A DNA stretch of 64,000 nt from assembly GCF_009914755.1 (NCBI RefSeq), contig NC_060948.1; one strand, written 5' to 3'. Positions within the stretch are counted from its first letter, which is position 1. The number at the start of each line of letters is the position of its first letter. Source of the DNA: the human T2T-CHM13v2.0 reference genome, Homo sapiens. The position numbers and the translations under genes are program-made. Positions 20,716-41,715 of the stretch are shown here, piece by piece. Below the pieces are notes generated by a model. The model searched no databases and was not told where the DNA came from. It saw only the letters and a program-made list of their open reading frames with translations.

Positions 20716-21289
20716 TAGGAATTTTTAAAAAGCCCCTCGGAGGGTCTTCATGTGTGGCTGAGTTGTCAAGAATCATTGTTATTTTACTAGATATTCTGTT
20801 TCTTCCCTCCTACATGAGATTTCCCATGACCGCCTCTCGGATGTGAATGTCTATGCCATGGATTACATTTTTCAAAGAGCATTCAGTTTGTTATTTCATC
20901 TTCAGCGAGCCCTTAAGATATTTCTCATGGGCCTTTTGTAGATAAAGACACTGGGGTCAGAGAGTTCAGGAGCTTGCTGGTGATCACATGGTCAGCATGG
21001 GGAAAAATGCATGTGGACATGAGTTCTGTTGGTGGTGAGACGTGGGCACAGGGGTTGCTGGGCTTGGGAGTTGGTGGCTGCGTGTGTGGGCTGAACAGAG
21101 CTCCCCAGGCACGGCCTTGTGGACCTTGAGGGATGCCTGCCTTCACCACTAGTGTGACTTGAAGGGGAGGAGAATGTCCTGAATCAGTGATGGGCATTTT
21201 GATATGGAAGAGAACTCCCTTGAATCCTGGTGGTGAACTTAGACCAGTCACTGAGGCCTCTCCAGCTCCTCAGGGTCTCCGTGTTCTAG

Positions 21290-22255
21290 GTATCCATGTG
21301 TCCTTCCATCCATTTATCCATCCATTTATGCATCCATGCATCCATCCAGCCATGCATCCTCCTTTTATCCATCCATCCATCAACCCATCCTCCCATTCAT
21401 TTACCCATCCATCCGTTCGTCCATCCATCCATCCATCAACCCATCCTCCCATTCATTTACCCATCCATCCATTCATCCATGCATCCATCCATCCATGCGT
21501 GCATCCATCCATCCATTTATCCATCCATCCATCCATCCATCCGTCGTCCCATTCCTTTATCCATCCGTTAATGCACCTGTCCATCCATCCATCCATTCTC
21601 CATTCATCTTTCCATCCATGCATCATCCATGCATCCATCCTTTTAGTTCATCCAGCCACTCATCAATTGATACATCCATCTGTCCACCATCCACTCATCT
21701 ATCCATCCATTCACCCATCCTTTCATCAATTTACCCATCTACCATCCATCCATTTATCCGTTCACCCATTCATCTATCCATCTGTCCATCCATCCACCTA
21801 TCTGTTCATCCATCCATCCATTCATCTATCCATCCATCCACCTACTCACCCACCCACCCATCCATCCACCCACCCAACCATCCATCCACCCAACCATCCA
21901 TCCATACCTCCATCCGTCTACCCACCCACTCATCCACTTAACTACCCATCCATCCACTTATCCATGCATTCATCCATCCATCCACCTACCTACTCACCCA
22001 CCTAAACTCATCTATCCACTCAACCATCCATCCACCTATCCACCCTTACCTCCATCCATCCCCTTACTGCCCATCTTTCCACTCATCCCATCCAACTACC
22101 CATCCATCCACCCAGCTGTCCACCCAACCATCCACCCACTCACTAATTTATCCACTCACCCACGCATGCATCCATCCATCCATCCATCCACCCACCCATT
22201 TACCCACCCACCCATCCATCCACTTACCTGCCTGTCCATCCACCCTCCCAGTCCA
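21290..22255 (+). repeat. Degenerate (CCAT/CCAC)n array, ~960 bp, in intron 1
   Basis: Direct reading. Confidence 0.95.
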
Positions 22256-22889
22256 TGGCTCTTTCATGTATTCCTTCAGCCAGCATAGGTTGAAGTTAAA
22301 TGTACTATTGGTGCTATTTGCTGTGGTCCCTGTTTTTTGTTCTCTGCTTTGGAGGTAACAACCAGGGCATCAATTTGGGCATAAAAGCACCATTGTGGAT
22401 GGAAGGCCTGGATGTCTGGAGGCACAGAGCAGGGACTACACTTGTTCAGGGGGTCAGAGAGAGTTCTCCCAGGAGGGGCCCTCCCTGGACACTGAGCTTC
22501 CAAGAATGAGCAGAGGAAACCAGGTGTAAGGAAGAGGAAGGGCCTCTTCTCAGCCTGGTAGACAAGCAGTAAGAGTGATGATGGGGCAGCTGCAGTTCAT
22601 CTCAGACTAGAGGAGCTGCAGGGGCCAGATGGTGGGCAACCTCTGTTGCCACTGCTGAGGAGTGCAGATTTAAGCTCCCCTGAAGGGTTTGACGCAGACA
22701 GCTGTGCGGGGACGCTTAACCTGCCTAAGGCCCGTCTTTGGGTAACAGCATGCAGAACAGGTGGGAGGGGCTGGGGCTATTTTTGGCAGAGCGTGGATAA
22801 GTCAGTGGAGATAGAAGAGAAGGCACAAGCTATTTTAGGAGATATTGAGGAAGTTAAAATCTGTAACAGGTCCCTGCCTGCAGAGTTGA

Positions 22890-23035
22890 CCACACGTTTG
22901 CATCACATGGGTAGGCTTTAAAATATAGATGCCTGCATCTCACCTTGGAAAGTTTCTGATTTAATTAGCCTGGGCATCAGGACTTAGGAAAACCCCACAG
23001 ATGTGTGTAATTTGCTGCTGGAGTTGAGAACTGGG
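22890..23035. mobile_element. MER5A-like fragment (another at ~24950-25100)
   Basis: GCATCACATGGG...TTTCTGATTTAATT...GTTGAGAACT pattern. Confidence 0.6.
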
Positions 23036-23444
23036 GTGCGGAGCTGTGCTCCTTAAACTGTAATGTGCTTACAGATCACCTCTGGTAATACTTGTGAGAA
23101 AGCGCTTCAGGTGGGCTAGGGAGAGGATCACGGAGGGCTTCCTGGAGAAGGTGACATTCTCCCAGGGCCTTGAGGGGTGAATAGACATTTTCCAGGTTCA
23201 GAAAGAAGGAATGGGCTTTCATGGCCAGGTAGAGGATCCAATGAGGCAGACGAGGGGCCCAAATTCTGTGACCCCCTACCCCTACCCCACCCCCAGGATG
23301 CCCCTGTATCAGTCCCATGGTGTAACAACCAAATTCACAAGATGCTGCAGAGGGGAAGAGATTTTAAATTTTCTGAGAAAGACAATGATATATTTTGGAC
23401 ACCATGAGAAATACTGTTATTAACTTGTTTTAACCTAGGTACAC

Positions 23445-24540
<1,096 letters not shown>

Positions 24541-24560
24541 AATTAACAAACCGAGCTGTT

Positions 24561-24562
<2 letters not shown>

Positions 24563-24614
<52 letters not shown>
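24563..24614. repeat. Perfect (GT)26 microsatellite
   Basis: Direct reading. Confidence 0.97.
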
Positions 24615-24615
<1 letters not shown>

Positions 24616-25367
24616 GGCCTCACATCATTTTACAGAGACACACAGGGCTCTGTGAACTGCTAATAGTTGGGACCGGCGGAGGGGTTATTTCAAGCTAGTC
24701 CAAAACTGCAGGGCAGAGACCACTTTGAAAGGAGATCAGCAGTCGGGGAGTGGCTGGGATGAAGTTGGAAAAAGTGCTGAGGCCCCTAAGTCAGTTTCCG
24801 GTGTTTCCACGTTAGCCTTGGGGGGTGATCACTCAGTTTCCTGTAGGGATGGGATCTGGGCTGGCATCTGCCTGTGGAAGGGGTGACAGGGACGGAGAGC
24901 AGGGAACCCCGAGCAGCCCTGCCTTGCTGTTGTCTGAGCCTCAGAACTCCTGAAGGCGGGGTCCTTCAGCATCACCCTGGAGTTTGTTAAAAATGCAGGC
25001 TCATGAGCCTCACCCCAGACCACAGAACGAAAATGTCTGGGGGTGAGACCCAGGATTCCACGTCTCCCCAGGTCCCTCGCAGGGCGATTCTGAGAACTGC
25101 CGGTGTGAGGCGTGCTCAGCCCAGCCCAAACATTCACACCATTCTTTGGCCTCTTGTAAAACTTGGCGTAGCTCAGGGGACGTTCCCAGAGTTATGGCAC
25201 ACGAACAAAAGAAAGTTTCCCACTTCTTACCAAACATATTGTAAAATTACAGGAAAGAGCTTGTTCTTTCACGTCTATACCCTTGTGCCGTCGTCCTAGT
25301 TAGGATGAAGCCGAGATGTTACCTTGTACCTTAGGCCACCGCAGACAAGGAAGTATATGCAGTTTAA

Positions 25368-28325
<2,958 letters not shown>

Positions 28326-29065
28326 AAAGAGAACCCAGGTACTGGCTCTCCTCCTGCGTTTGCCCCGGTTGAGTGCATTCCTGCATTAGTGCAAGCCTTA
28401 GTCACGTTGCAGAGGAACTCACACACCCCATGTGGCCTCGGGGACTTCACTCTGGGTTCGTCCTGTTTTTTGAGTTGCCTGGCTGATGAGAAAAAGTAAA
28501 CATGGTTTGAATCAGTAGAAAGTGTCTTGTCAGACTGACTCATGCCATCTGTCGTCCGTTCCGCCTTGCCCTGATGAGCCATTACCCTGTCCCGGAAACA
28601 TCTGGAGCTTTGAGAGGGCCGGGTGGAAACAGCAGTGGCAGTTGGGGGTTCTGCTGAGGGTCTGGTCTCTTTGCAAATTTGCAGAGAGGCTGAATGCCGT
28701 AAACGTGCAACACAGGCACCTGAGTTCTCCACCAGGCTCCTTCTCTGAGGGCATGGTTGCAGCTCTTGCTGGGTGGGTTTTGTTGGTGTTTTCTTCACAT
28801 TTGTAGCCCCGGAGGTCGTTTTCAGGAGCAAAAAGGCAAGTGGGGGTGTCTGCTGTGAGCCCGCAATTTCCTGCCTACCACCTGAAAGCTCAGGGAATGT
28901 GATGAATTGGGAGATGAATCCTAGGCAATAAAGAGAGCAGTGGACTGAGTTAGGAGACGATAGCTTCATTTACAGAGATTCCTTTACTGACTGATGATCA
29001 TTGATTGGGTTTGCTTCCCCATGAGGCTTCAAGCCAATAGCACGTGCATTTGCATCCATTTATAT

Positions 29066-29179
29066 ACACCTGGGGGACTGCCTTCCTCACACACACCTGG
29101 GGGACTGCCTCCCTCACACACACCTGGGGAACTGCATCCCTTCACATACATAGGGAACTGTGTCCCTCACACACCTGGA
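29066..29179 (+). repeat. ~27-bp minisatellite (ACACCTGGGGGACTGCCTYCCTCACAC) x ~4
   Basis: Direct reading. Confidence 0.88.
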
Positions 29180-30116
29180 AGATTAGCCTCAGAGGTGTCT
29201 GCAGTACCAGATTCCACCAGGGAGTGAACGTCTGATTATGGGTGATTCAGGGTGCCCACGTCTATATGAAATCGAGAGCGGGTCACCTCCCTTTCCTCCC
29301 TACTCTCTGTGGGGTGGTGTTTGGGGAGCTGTCTTAAGTGTTAGTCACCCGAGGAGAAAATGGTGAGGGTGGGACTCTGTATCTGGGAGAAAGGAGACCT
29401 TGGAGGCAGGGGACAGACTGACAGAGCCTTGAGCGATGGAAGCTGAGGTCGAGGGCCCAAGGTCGATGATAGAATGCTTGGGGTTGTCTCTCCTCTGGTG
29501 TCCTTGTCCTTCAGGCATCCTGGAGTGACATTGAAATTGTTTCAATTAAAAACTGTAGAAACAGCACAGAGATAAGAATGGAAGACAAGCTCCAAGTGCG
29601 GGGCTGAGGCGAGTTCTCCAAGGACTAGGGCTAAGGGCAGAGGGTGGGAGAAGGGGAGAAGGGCGTGAGGGGCATACTGTGTCCTTTGCCACCCACTCTC
29701 AGACTTGTTGTCTTGGACCTCCGTCGGCTGAGCTTGGGGTCCGGGGAGCAGTGGGTTTGGACACTCAGTGGTGACGTCAGCCGTAGTCCTGAAGCAGAGG
29801 GGAAGTTGGCAATCCAGGCTTGCCTGGGGGTGACACTGGTGGCGGGAGGGCCTGTGCCCTCCCCTGTAACTGGGTTTGTGTGGGGTCCATGGGGGCATTG
29901 GGGTCAGTGGAAGGAACATGAAGTGAGCCAGAGCATCGTCACTGTGGCCTCTGAGGGCAGGTGGAGCAAGAAAAGGAGGAAGCTTCTAAGTGACACCTGG
30001 TCCCAGCTCAGTGGCTATGACCAGGGAAGTCATGTGGAGGAAAAGGCTGGTGGACTCTGAGGGTGATGGAGGAGGATGGGAGGGGCAAGCTAGGCTGGGG
30101 AGGTGGCAGGCCATGG

Positions 30117-30726
30117 ACACACACCAGACAGACACACATGTGCATGCACACATACACAGGCACATACATGCATGCACACTCATGCCATGCATATATGCAT
30201 GCATGCACACGTGTGCACCCACACAGCAAGTCACATGTGCACGTGAGCACACATGAAAACACACAAGCACATGCACATACTCCTGCAGTGCACATGCACA
30301 CCCATATATGCATGCACACAGGTGTGTGCTCAGATAGCACCCTCACACATATGCACACAAGCACACAGGCAAACACGCAGACACATGAACAAATGCACAT
30401 ATATATTCATGCAGTGCACTTGTGCACATATACACATGCAAACAGGTGTGCATTCAGCACACTCACAATGCACATGAAAACACGTGTGCACACACATGCA
30501 GTGCAATACATATATGCATGCACATGTGTGCCCACACCATACACCCACACATACGTGCAGGAGCACACACGTGCACACACAGAAACCACATGAATGCATG
30601 AGCACGCGTATATGAAATACACATGTACACATGAGCACATCCACACGCGCACATGCATGAACATAGACACACACATGCATGTACATAGACACGCACATGC
30701 ATGTACATAGACATGCACACGTATAC
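30117..30726 (+). repeat. CA/CATG-rich low-complexity array
   Basis: Direct reading. Confidence 0.93.
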
Positions 30727-31710
30727 CCAGGCCCTGCATTGGAAAAAATCCAAAATGTGGCTTGGTTGCAAAGAGCACATGAAGAGCTGTTGAATGCAGA
30801 GGTGCCCAGCAAGAAGCATGGACCTAAACCCGAAGGTGGTTGGGGGAAGCTTGGGGACACCTGGGTGGGCAAATGGCCCCCCTGAGGCCCAGGGACAGAT
30901 GCAAAAACCCAGCAAGCCAGGAGGGTCTTTGAAAAAAAAAATGTGTACCACATGTGACATTTCCCATGTGAGGGAAGCATCGAGATCATACTGTGTTTTC
31001 CCTGTGCCCTGCGATTTTGCAGCTGACATGCCCTTTCTGTGGAAATATATAGCAGTCCTCATGCTAGGATTGCGTGTTCTGTGTCAGGCAGCTGGGCATG
31101 GGAGTGCAGGGTGTGGGGTGGAACCTGGGAGGAGAGTTCTAGTTTTACCACTGTGTTCCGGCCGTGGGGTGTCCTGGGGAATGGAGGCCACCTCCTGACA
31201 CTGGAGTTTCCTGGGTTCTGCTGTGAGCGAGGAGTGGGAGAAGACAAGACTCTGGTCTTAGAAACCTTCCGAGTCTCGTACGCCCTTGACTGCCGTTTCT
31301 GAGTATTTCCTGAAGCTTGGGAAGGATGAGTCACTTTAAGGGGATTGTCCTATGTTGCTTTGTTTTGTTTCTTTAGTGACGGTGTCTATGATCATCTTCT
31401 GTTTATGAGGGTGAAATTACAGAAATAAGAAGGGTTACACTTAAAATAATATCTGTACTTTACTTTCACGTGTGGGGTTTTTTTTTGTCATTGCTGCTGC
31501 TTTTTTTTCTTTAACATTCTGACAGTTCTGTCTGCTTATTATTAAGTCTTCCTACCTTTCTAAAGAGAATGTCTTTCTTGCTAAAGAATACATTATGGAC
31601 TCTTGGAATCTCTTTGTTGGGGTGGAGGGGGTGGGGACTTGCCCTGACTTGCTGGGAATGCCCATAGGGTTTAGAAGTCACGTCTACCGCTGAGGCACTA
31701 ACAAAGGTAA

Positions 31711-33400
<1,690 letters not shown>

Positions 33401-33707
33401 AAAAATACAATTACAGATTTCTATGGAAACATATGAACATGAGTGCATATATATATTTATATGTGCGTGTGTCTGTACCTGCCTTATGGTTTATTCTGGA
33501 TCAGTAGGATCCTCCCTTGCTACCGTCTAAAGATCTGCCGCATGCTGCAGGAGGAGCTGTAATTGCATTTATGATGTCTGGCAAGTGTCCTGTTGTGGAA
33601 ACAGCCATTTCAGGGCTCTGAGGTTGTGGAAACGACTCCACTCTGGTTGCCGGCATGGGGCCCACAGAGCTGTTCCGAGCGTTTTGTCTACTTTCTACTT
33701 ATTGTTG

Positions 33708-34552
33708 ACACACACAGAAACACACACGCAGCCATGAGTACACACACACACAGACATACAAGCAGACGTGGACACACCTACCTGTATGTACATACTCAAA
33801 ACACACCTTCACACTATACTCACCTACCCATACACACACGTGCACACAACTACATGTGTGCACACAAACACATGCATACATGCACCTATGCATATGCACA
33901 CGTGGAAACACACCTGCACACTACACACACCTACACATACACACACAAACCCACAAATGCACACACCCACACAGGCACAAACACACAAATGCACACACCC
34001 ACACATGCACAAACACACCTACACACATAAACATATTGACACATGCACACATGCACATGAAAAACACATATACACACTACATCCGCCTACACAGACACAC
34101 ACAAACCCACATATACATGCACCTACACACATGCACACATAACACCTACACACATGCATACAGAACCCACACATACATGCATCCATAGGCACACAGAAAC
34201 ACACCTACACACTGTGCACACCTACATATGCACACACAAACCCACATGAACATGCACTGACACATATGCACACAAAAAACACACTACACACACAGAAACC
34301 CACAAAATACACCTCCACACTTACACAAAACACGCCTACACATATGCACATACACAAACCCACACATACATGCACCTGCCTATATGCACCCACAACACAT
34401 ACACATATGCACACACAGAACTCACCTACACACCCCATACATGCACACAAAACCCACAAATACATACATGTGCACTGCAAATGCCCAAATATACATGCAC
34501 ACTCACACACACATACCCCTGTGACATATGCATGCACGCTTCATTTATACAT
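33708..34552 (+). repeat. CA-rich low-complexity array, ~850 bp
   Basis: Direct reading. Confidence 0.93.
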
Positions 34553-35384
34553 GCAGGAGCATAGCCTGGTCGTTTGCACCTGTTGTGGAACTGGACACAC
34601 TTCCGGTGTTCACAGGGCTCCTGCGGGTTGTTCTTGGACCCCTCGCCACCCACCGCCAGGTGCTTCCTGACGGTTGAGAGATGTTGTATGCCTTTGGTGC
34701 TGAGGAGTGGGGACGCTGGATGTTGACGATTATCCTAACTCTTCCTCCAGTTGACCAAACAGTCCAAGTCGACTTTTCCAAATTTTCCTGAATTTGGCTT
34801 TTCTTCAGTGCGCCAGAGATGGCCAGCCACGTTGAAGTAGCATTGAAATTGTTGTAATTAAAGACTGTAGAAACAGGGTAGCCTATCAATAATTCAGCAT
34901 GCCAGTTTCCTCATTCCGTGGGATTCCATGAGATTTTTTTTTAATGCATAATGCACGTGTCTTTCTGGGTTGTCTAGTGTTTCTACTATATTTTGGTTTG
35001 TAATTACAGGAAAGTTGCCAATAAAAAAGGGAGAATTTTGTTCCCCATGTTGTTTTCAGTACATATTCAAAATTGTTATTCATCTGTTTGAAAGGAACGA
35101 CCTGTTAAGAATAATACACAAAATGATCGTGTTTTTACACTATTTTAATTTCTACTAAGCTTGAAGGTCATCATTTATTTAAAACCTAGGCTAACATATT
35201 CTTACTTTTAGGCATGGAAGTGAATATTTAGAATGAGAAGAGAAATCACGCACCTTGTAAATTTTTTTAAGTTGCTGTTTTAAATATCACAAAAAGAAAA
35301 ATCGCATATCTTTTTTATCTCTATAATATTCAAATTTATTTTTATTTTTCTTGTTTCTAAGTTGACTCTTTTTTTCTCTCTTAG

Positions 35385-35417
35385 ATGGTGGTTTCGATTT
35401 ATCCGATGCCCTTCCTG
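35385..35417 (+). CDS. CD99: CD99 exon 2 (33 nt) (D)GGFDLSDALP
   Basis: Long pyrimidine tract + TTAG acceptor; donor CTG|GTGAGT. Confidence 0.97.
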
Positions 35418-35476
35418 GTGAGTATCAACATCATTTTTTAAAATCCCGTCAATATTTTATGTTAACATAGTATATA

Positions 35477-35815
35477 CAGGCATATCCCAGCCATTTCCAG
35501 CTAGGTTCTAGACCACCGCAATAACAGGAGTCATAGCAATTTTTGGCTTCCCAGTACATATAAATGTTATGTTTACTCTCAACTGTAGTCTATTAAGTAT
35601 GCAATAGCATTACCTCTAAAAACAGTATACTCCAATTGAAAATACCTTATTGCTAAAAAATGCAGATACAGAGACAGGAAGTGGGGCACGTGCTGTTGGA
35701 AAAAATGATGCCGAGAGTCTGGCTTGCCACAGGGTTGCTGCAGGCCTTCCGTTTGTAAAACACACAGTATTTGCAAAGCACCTTAAGACAAAGTGCAGTG
35801 AAGGAGGTCCGCCTG
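35477..35815 (-). mobile_element. Internally deleted Tigger1-derived MITE with TA target sites
   Basis: TA|CAGGCATA...GCCTG|TA termini. Both Tigger1 ends recognisable (GACCACCGCAATAA; GTGCTGTTGGAAAAAATG). Confidence 0.75.
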
Positions 35816-36202
35816 TATGTGTCCACCTGCCTTATTATAAAAACTAGACTCATAGATGACGAGGAAAAGCAAGATGCCCTTGTTAAGATAAATGAACCAC
35901 CCTGGTGGAATAATTCACAGTCCTGTGATGGTCAGAGGCCGAGCAAAAACTTGCCAGGTCCTTGGGGAGGGGTCTAGAGGAGGTGAGCAAATGGAGGTCC
36001 CCAGGAGAGAGGGGCATCCAGTGCTGGCATCCTCCCTCTCGAAATCGGCACCCGCTGTCTCCATGGGGCCACTCCTTCCTTCTTCTGCAGCTCTTCCTGT
36101 CTCCCGCTCCTCACCCAGAGCCCTCGGTGAAGGGCATGGGAAAAGGAATTGAAGGAATTCCGTCTTATCACTCTTATCAGCTTCTGGGTCTTGTCATCCC
36201 TT

Positions 36203-37142
<940 letters not shown>

Positions 37143-38092
37143 TAGCTAGTTTTTGTATTTTCAGTACAGACGGGGTTTCATAATGTTGGTCAGGCTGGTT
37201 TCGAACTCCTGACCTTGTGATCTGCCCGCCTTGGCCTCCCAAAGTGCTGGGATGACAGGCATGAGCCACTGAGCCCAGCCACCCTCTTCACTTTTTTATG
37301 TTTTACATTTTTTTTTTCTGAGACACTGTCTCGCTGTGTTGCTCAGGTTGGAGTGCAGTGTTGGGATCTTGGCTCACTGCAGCCTTGACCGTCTGGGCTC
37401 AAGCAGTCCTCCCACCTCAGCCTGCTGAGTAGCTGGGACTACAGGCATGTGCCACCTCACCTGGTACAGTGAGCAACACGGGGTCTCACTGTGTTGCTCA
37501 GATTGGAGTGCCACGGTGGGATCTTGTCTCACTACAGCCTTGACCATGTGGGTTCGAGCAATCCTCCCACCTCAGCCTCCCAAAGTGCTGAGGCGTGAGA
37601 GGATTGCAGACACGAGCCACTGCACCTCGCCAGCTTTTAATTTTATGTCCTGTGGTGCAGTGCAGATGGTTTGAGCGGAAACAGTGCTGATGGGGATCAT
37701 CTCTTTCCTGACCACCTACCCCTTCTTGGCCCTTGGGAACAACCTTTCCCTGCAGTGGGAGGTGCCCTTAGTCTTACAGCCTCCACCTGATTTGCCTGAT
37801 TGGCTTCCATTCTCAGAGGGGGCAGCCTAGGCAGAGGCCTGACGGGGCCAAAAGTGTGTTTCATATGAGAAATGTGAACAGCCTTTCAGCCATCAATCCG
37901 GTGTCTCTCCTTCTCATGCATAGATCTCGGGCTCTGAAAAGGGCAGTTTTTCTCCTAACTTTGCCATTCTCCTGCCTTCCTGGCTTATGTCTCAGTCATA
38001 GTCCCATTCAACGTCAAGAAGTGGAGAAGGGCTGGGCACGGTGGCTCACGCCTGTCATCCCAGCACTTTGGGAGGACGAGGTGGGTGGATCA

Positions 38093-38542
<450 letters not shown>

Positions 38543-38571
38543 TTACTAACTGAAATATCTTATCTCTTTAG

Positions 38572-38619
38572 ACAATGAAAACAAGAAACCCACTGCAATC
38601 CCCAAGAAACCCAGTGCTG
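38572..38619 (+). CDS. CD99: CD99 exon 3 (48 nt) (D)NENKKPTAIPKKPSA
   Basis: TACTAAC branch point at 38544-38550; TTTAG acceptor; donor CTG|GTGAGA. Confidence 0.97.
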
Positions 38620-39242
38620 GTGAGAAGGGCTTCTTCCTAGTATGCAAAGAAAAAGAGCAAATCATTTTCTCGGACAGCAGGACGGGACTTAGGCAACTAG
38701 AAAGAAGACAGAAGTGATTTGAGTGCTCCGGCTGGAGTCTGGTTAATAGTTAATACTGGAATTGTGTTATGATGTTACATTTCATGTAGTGATTCCAGTA
38801 AAAGAATGGTTGCTGATGTGAAATGTTTCGGGGCCATTTGGACAACATCTCTGTGTGCTTTTATTCTAAGGGTCTGAGTTACTCTGTCTTTAGATTTTCT
38901 TCCCTTTTTTTTTTTTTTTTTTGAGATGGCGTTTCATTCTTGTCTCCCAGGCTGGAGTGCAGTGGTGTGATCTTGGCTCACTGCAACCTCCACCTCCTGG
39001 GTTCGGTGATTCTCCTGCCTCAGATGCCTCAGTAGCTGGGACTGCAGGCACCAGCCACCACACCTGGTTAATTGTTGTATTTTTAGTCGAGACGAGGTTT
39101 CACTATGTCGGCCAGGCTGGTCTTGAACTCCTGACTTCAGGCAATCTGCCTCCCAAAGTGCTGGGATTACAGCCGTGAGCCACCATGCACGGCCTGTGTC
39201 TTTAGATTTCAACTTCCTAGGAGAGAGAGCATTTGGTGCTGA

Positions 39243-39569
<327 letters not shown>

Positions 39570-40625
39570 TGATCCACGCGCCTTGGCCTCCCAAAGTGCT
39601 GGGATTACGGGCATGAGCCACCACACCCAGCCCTCAATGCTGTTCTTTCAAACAAAAGTCAGAAACGAGGTCCACGTGATGGAATTGCCCAAGGGTCAAC
39701 CCCACTGGCGGATAAACAGAGTAAAAATGATGCTAAAACTTATGGCATCAGTGTCTTACAGCTAAGACACTGTCTTGTCTTAGCACTTCTGAGTTTTCTA
39801 ATATAAAACATTAATAGCTCCACTTCATTATTGGGCTTCCTGTCTAGAGTGTCAGCTCATGAGCAAAGGGACCCTGTGTCCCCAGATCCTTGAACTAAGC
39901 AATCATGCAGATAGCACCAATGAGTAGGTGTTGAGCGTCTGAATTTATACTATCATAGTCTCCTTGAGGAAGGGACTGGAAATTCCCATATGTCACTCAG
40001 GATGGCTCAGTACATGCTGTTGGGTGGATGCCAGCAACCATTCCTCCATCTTAGTTGGGTTTTCAAAATCATTCTTCATACTAGAAGACAAGATCTGAGG
40101 CCATGGTGAACTGTCACATCAGTTGCGGAGCACATATGGGTTGCTAGAGCCACGTTTTAGACACCCTCTAGCCTAAATCTGATCACAGTCATCTGTCCCC
40201 TTCTCTTAGGGTCTACCTTTCCAAAGTTGTTAGGGACCTGGGAGGAGAGGATGATGGGATGGGGAGTCAACAGGAGAAAATCATGTGCAGGCAGAATTGG
40301 AATTTCAACTTGGTCCAGGCAACACAATTCATTTATAAATTACTTTATTTCTCTCTCTCTCTCCCCCACTGCCTCTCCTCTGAGAGCTTCTCTCCTAGCT
40401 TTTTATCTGTCTCTGTCTCTCTGTTTTTTCCTCTTTTTATCTGAGAGAATAGTGATGTAAAAATGGTCAGGAATTCACTTTTTCTAATGAGATCCTGGTC
40501 AAGCTGATATTCAGAAAAGTATTTAGGAATGTGGGGCCGTGGTGTGTTTTTGATCTGTTCACGAGGTCATTCCTTCCTCGTTTCTCTCTGGAATTTGGTA
40601 TTAACTGCTCTTTCCCCTCTTTTAG

Positions 40626-40670
40626 GGGATGACTTTGACTTAGGAGATGCTGTTGTTGATGGAGAAAATG
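40626..40670 (+). CDS. CD99: CD99 exon 4 (45 nt) (G)DDFDLGDAVVDGEN
   Basis: CTCTTTTAG acceptor; donor ATG|GTGAGT; peptide visible in ORF 40529..40729. Confidence 0.97.
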
Positions 40671-41320
40671 GTGAGTATTTTCCTTTAATCTCTTCTGCTG
40701 CTGATCTGCTTATTATCACCCAATTATGATCATTTCAGAGAGAATTCTCCCATTTAAATTATAAAGGGAACCAGTTTTCACAGTGGAAACCTAGGGAATA
40801 GGTGTGTCGGTTTGTTCTTGCTGTTGTCGTTGGGTTTTTCTTTACAACCAGTACGTGTGCTTTTATTTTAAAACTCTTACAGTCTTTGGAAGGACATGAG
40901 ACAAATGTGCCTACCCTGGCCAGGGCTGGCTTCACCAGCATGTGACCTGTGCAGTGGCACAGGACCCCATGGCATGTTGGTTTGGCATGGGAACCATACT
41001 GGTTTACTGCTCTGTTGCCGCCATCTTGGAATACTGAAGAAAATTTGAAAAATGGGTCCCACCTTTTTATTTTGGCCCTAGAAATTCTGTAGCTGGTGTG
41101 GACACCCGCTTTAATTTTTATTAAACATAGTTGACATTAAGAACTGTGGCTGAAAGTTGATGGGAGGAAACTGGCAGGAGACTGTGTGTGTACAGGTATC
41201 CCCACCAGGACAAAGGCCAAGGTCCAATTTCTGTTCAGGGAACCATCTGTGTGTAAACTGATGTTTCATTTTCTTTACTGCAAGGCACTTAAAATTGCAA
41301 CTCTCATCTTTCACAAACAG

Positions 41321-41389
41321 ACGACCCACGACCACCGAACCCACCCAAACCGATGCCAAATCCAAACCCCAACCACCCTAGTTCCTCCG
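41321..41389 (+). CDS. CD99: CD99 exon 5 (69 nt) (D)DPRPPNPPKPMPNPNPNHPSSS
   Basis: AAACAG acceptor; donor CCG|GTAAGA; frame continuous with flanking exons. Confidence 0.97.
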
Positions 41390-41580
41390 GTAAGAGTCTC
41401 TGACCCTGTGGGATGTCTTCATGTTGTTCAGAATTCAGCGATATTTATGTCAGCTGAGAGGAGGTGATTTCAGATGAGTGTGTGCTTACTGTTGACTGCC
41501 TGTGCAGTGTAATGCCCATGTTCATGTAATGGAAAATGTACATTTCAAAAATATATATTTAGCTTGGATTTTATTTTTAG

Positions 41581-41715
<135 letters not shown>

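Noticed and set aside
30008-31062. Cys/Val/His/Thr-rich ORFs here and at 33593-34670
   Set aside because: Translations of CA/TG low-complexity arrays.
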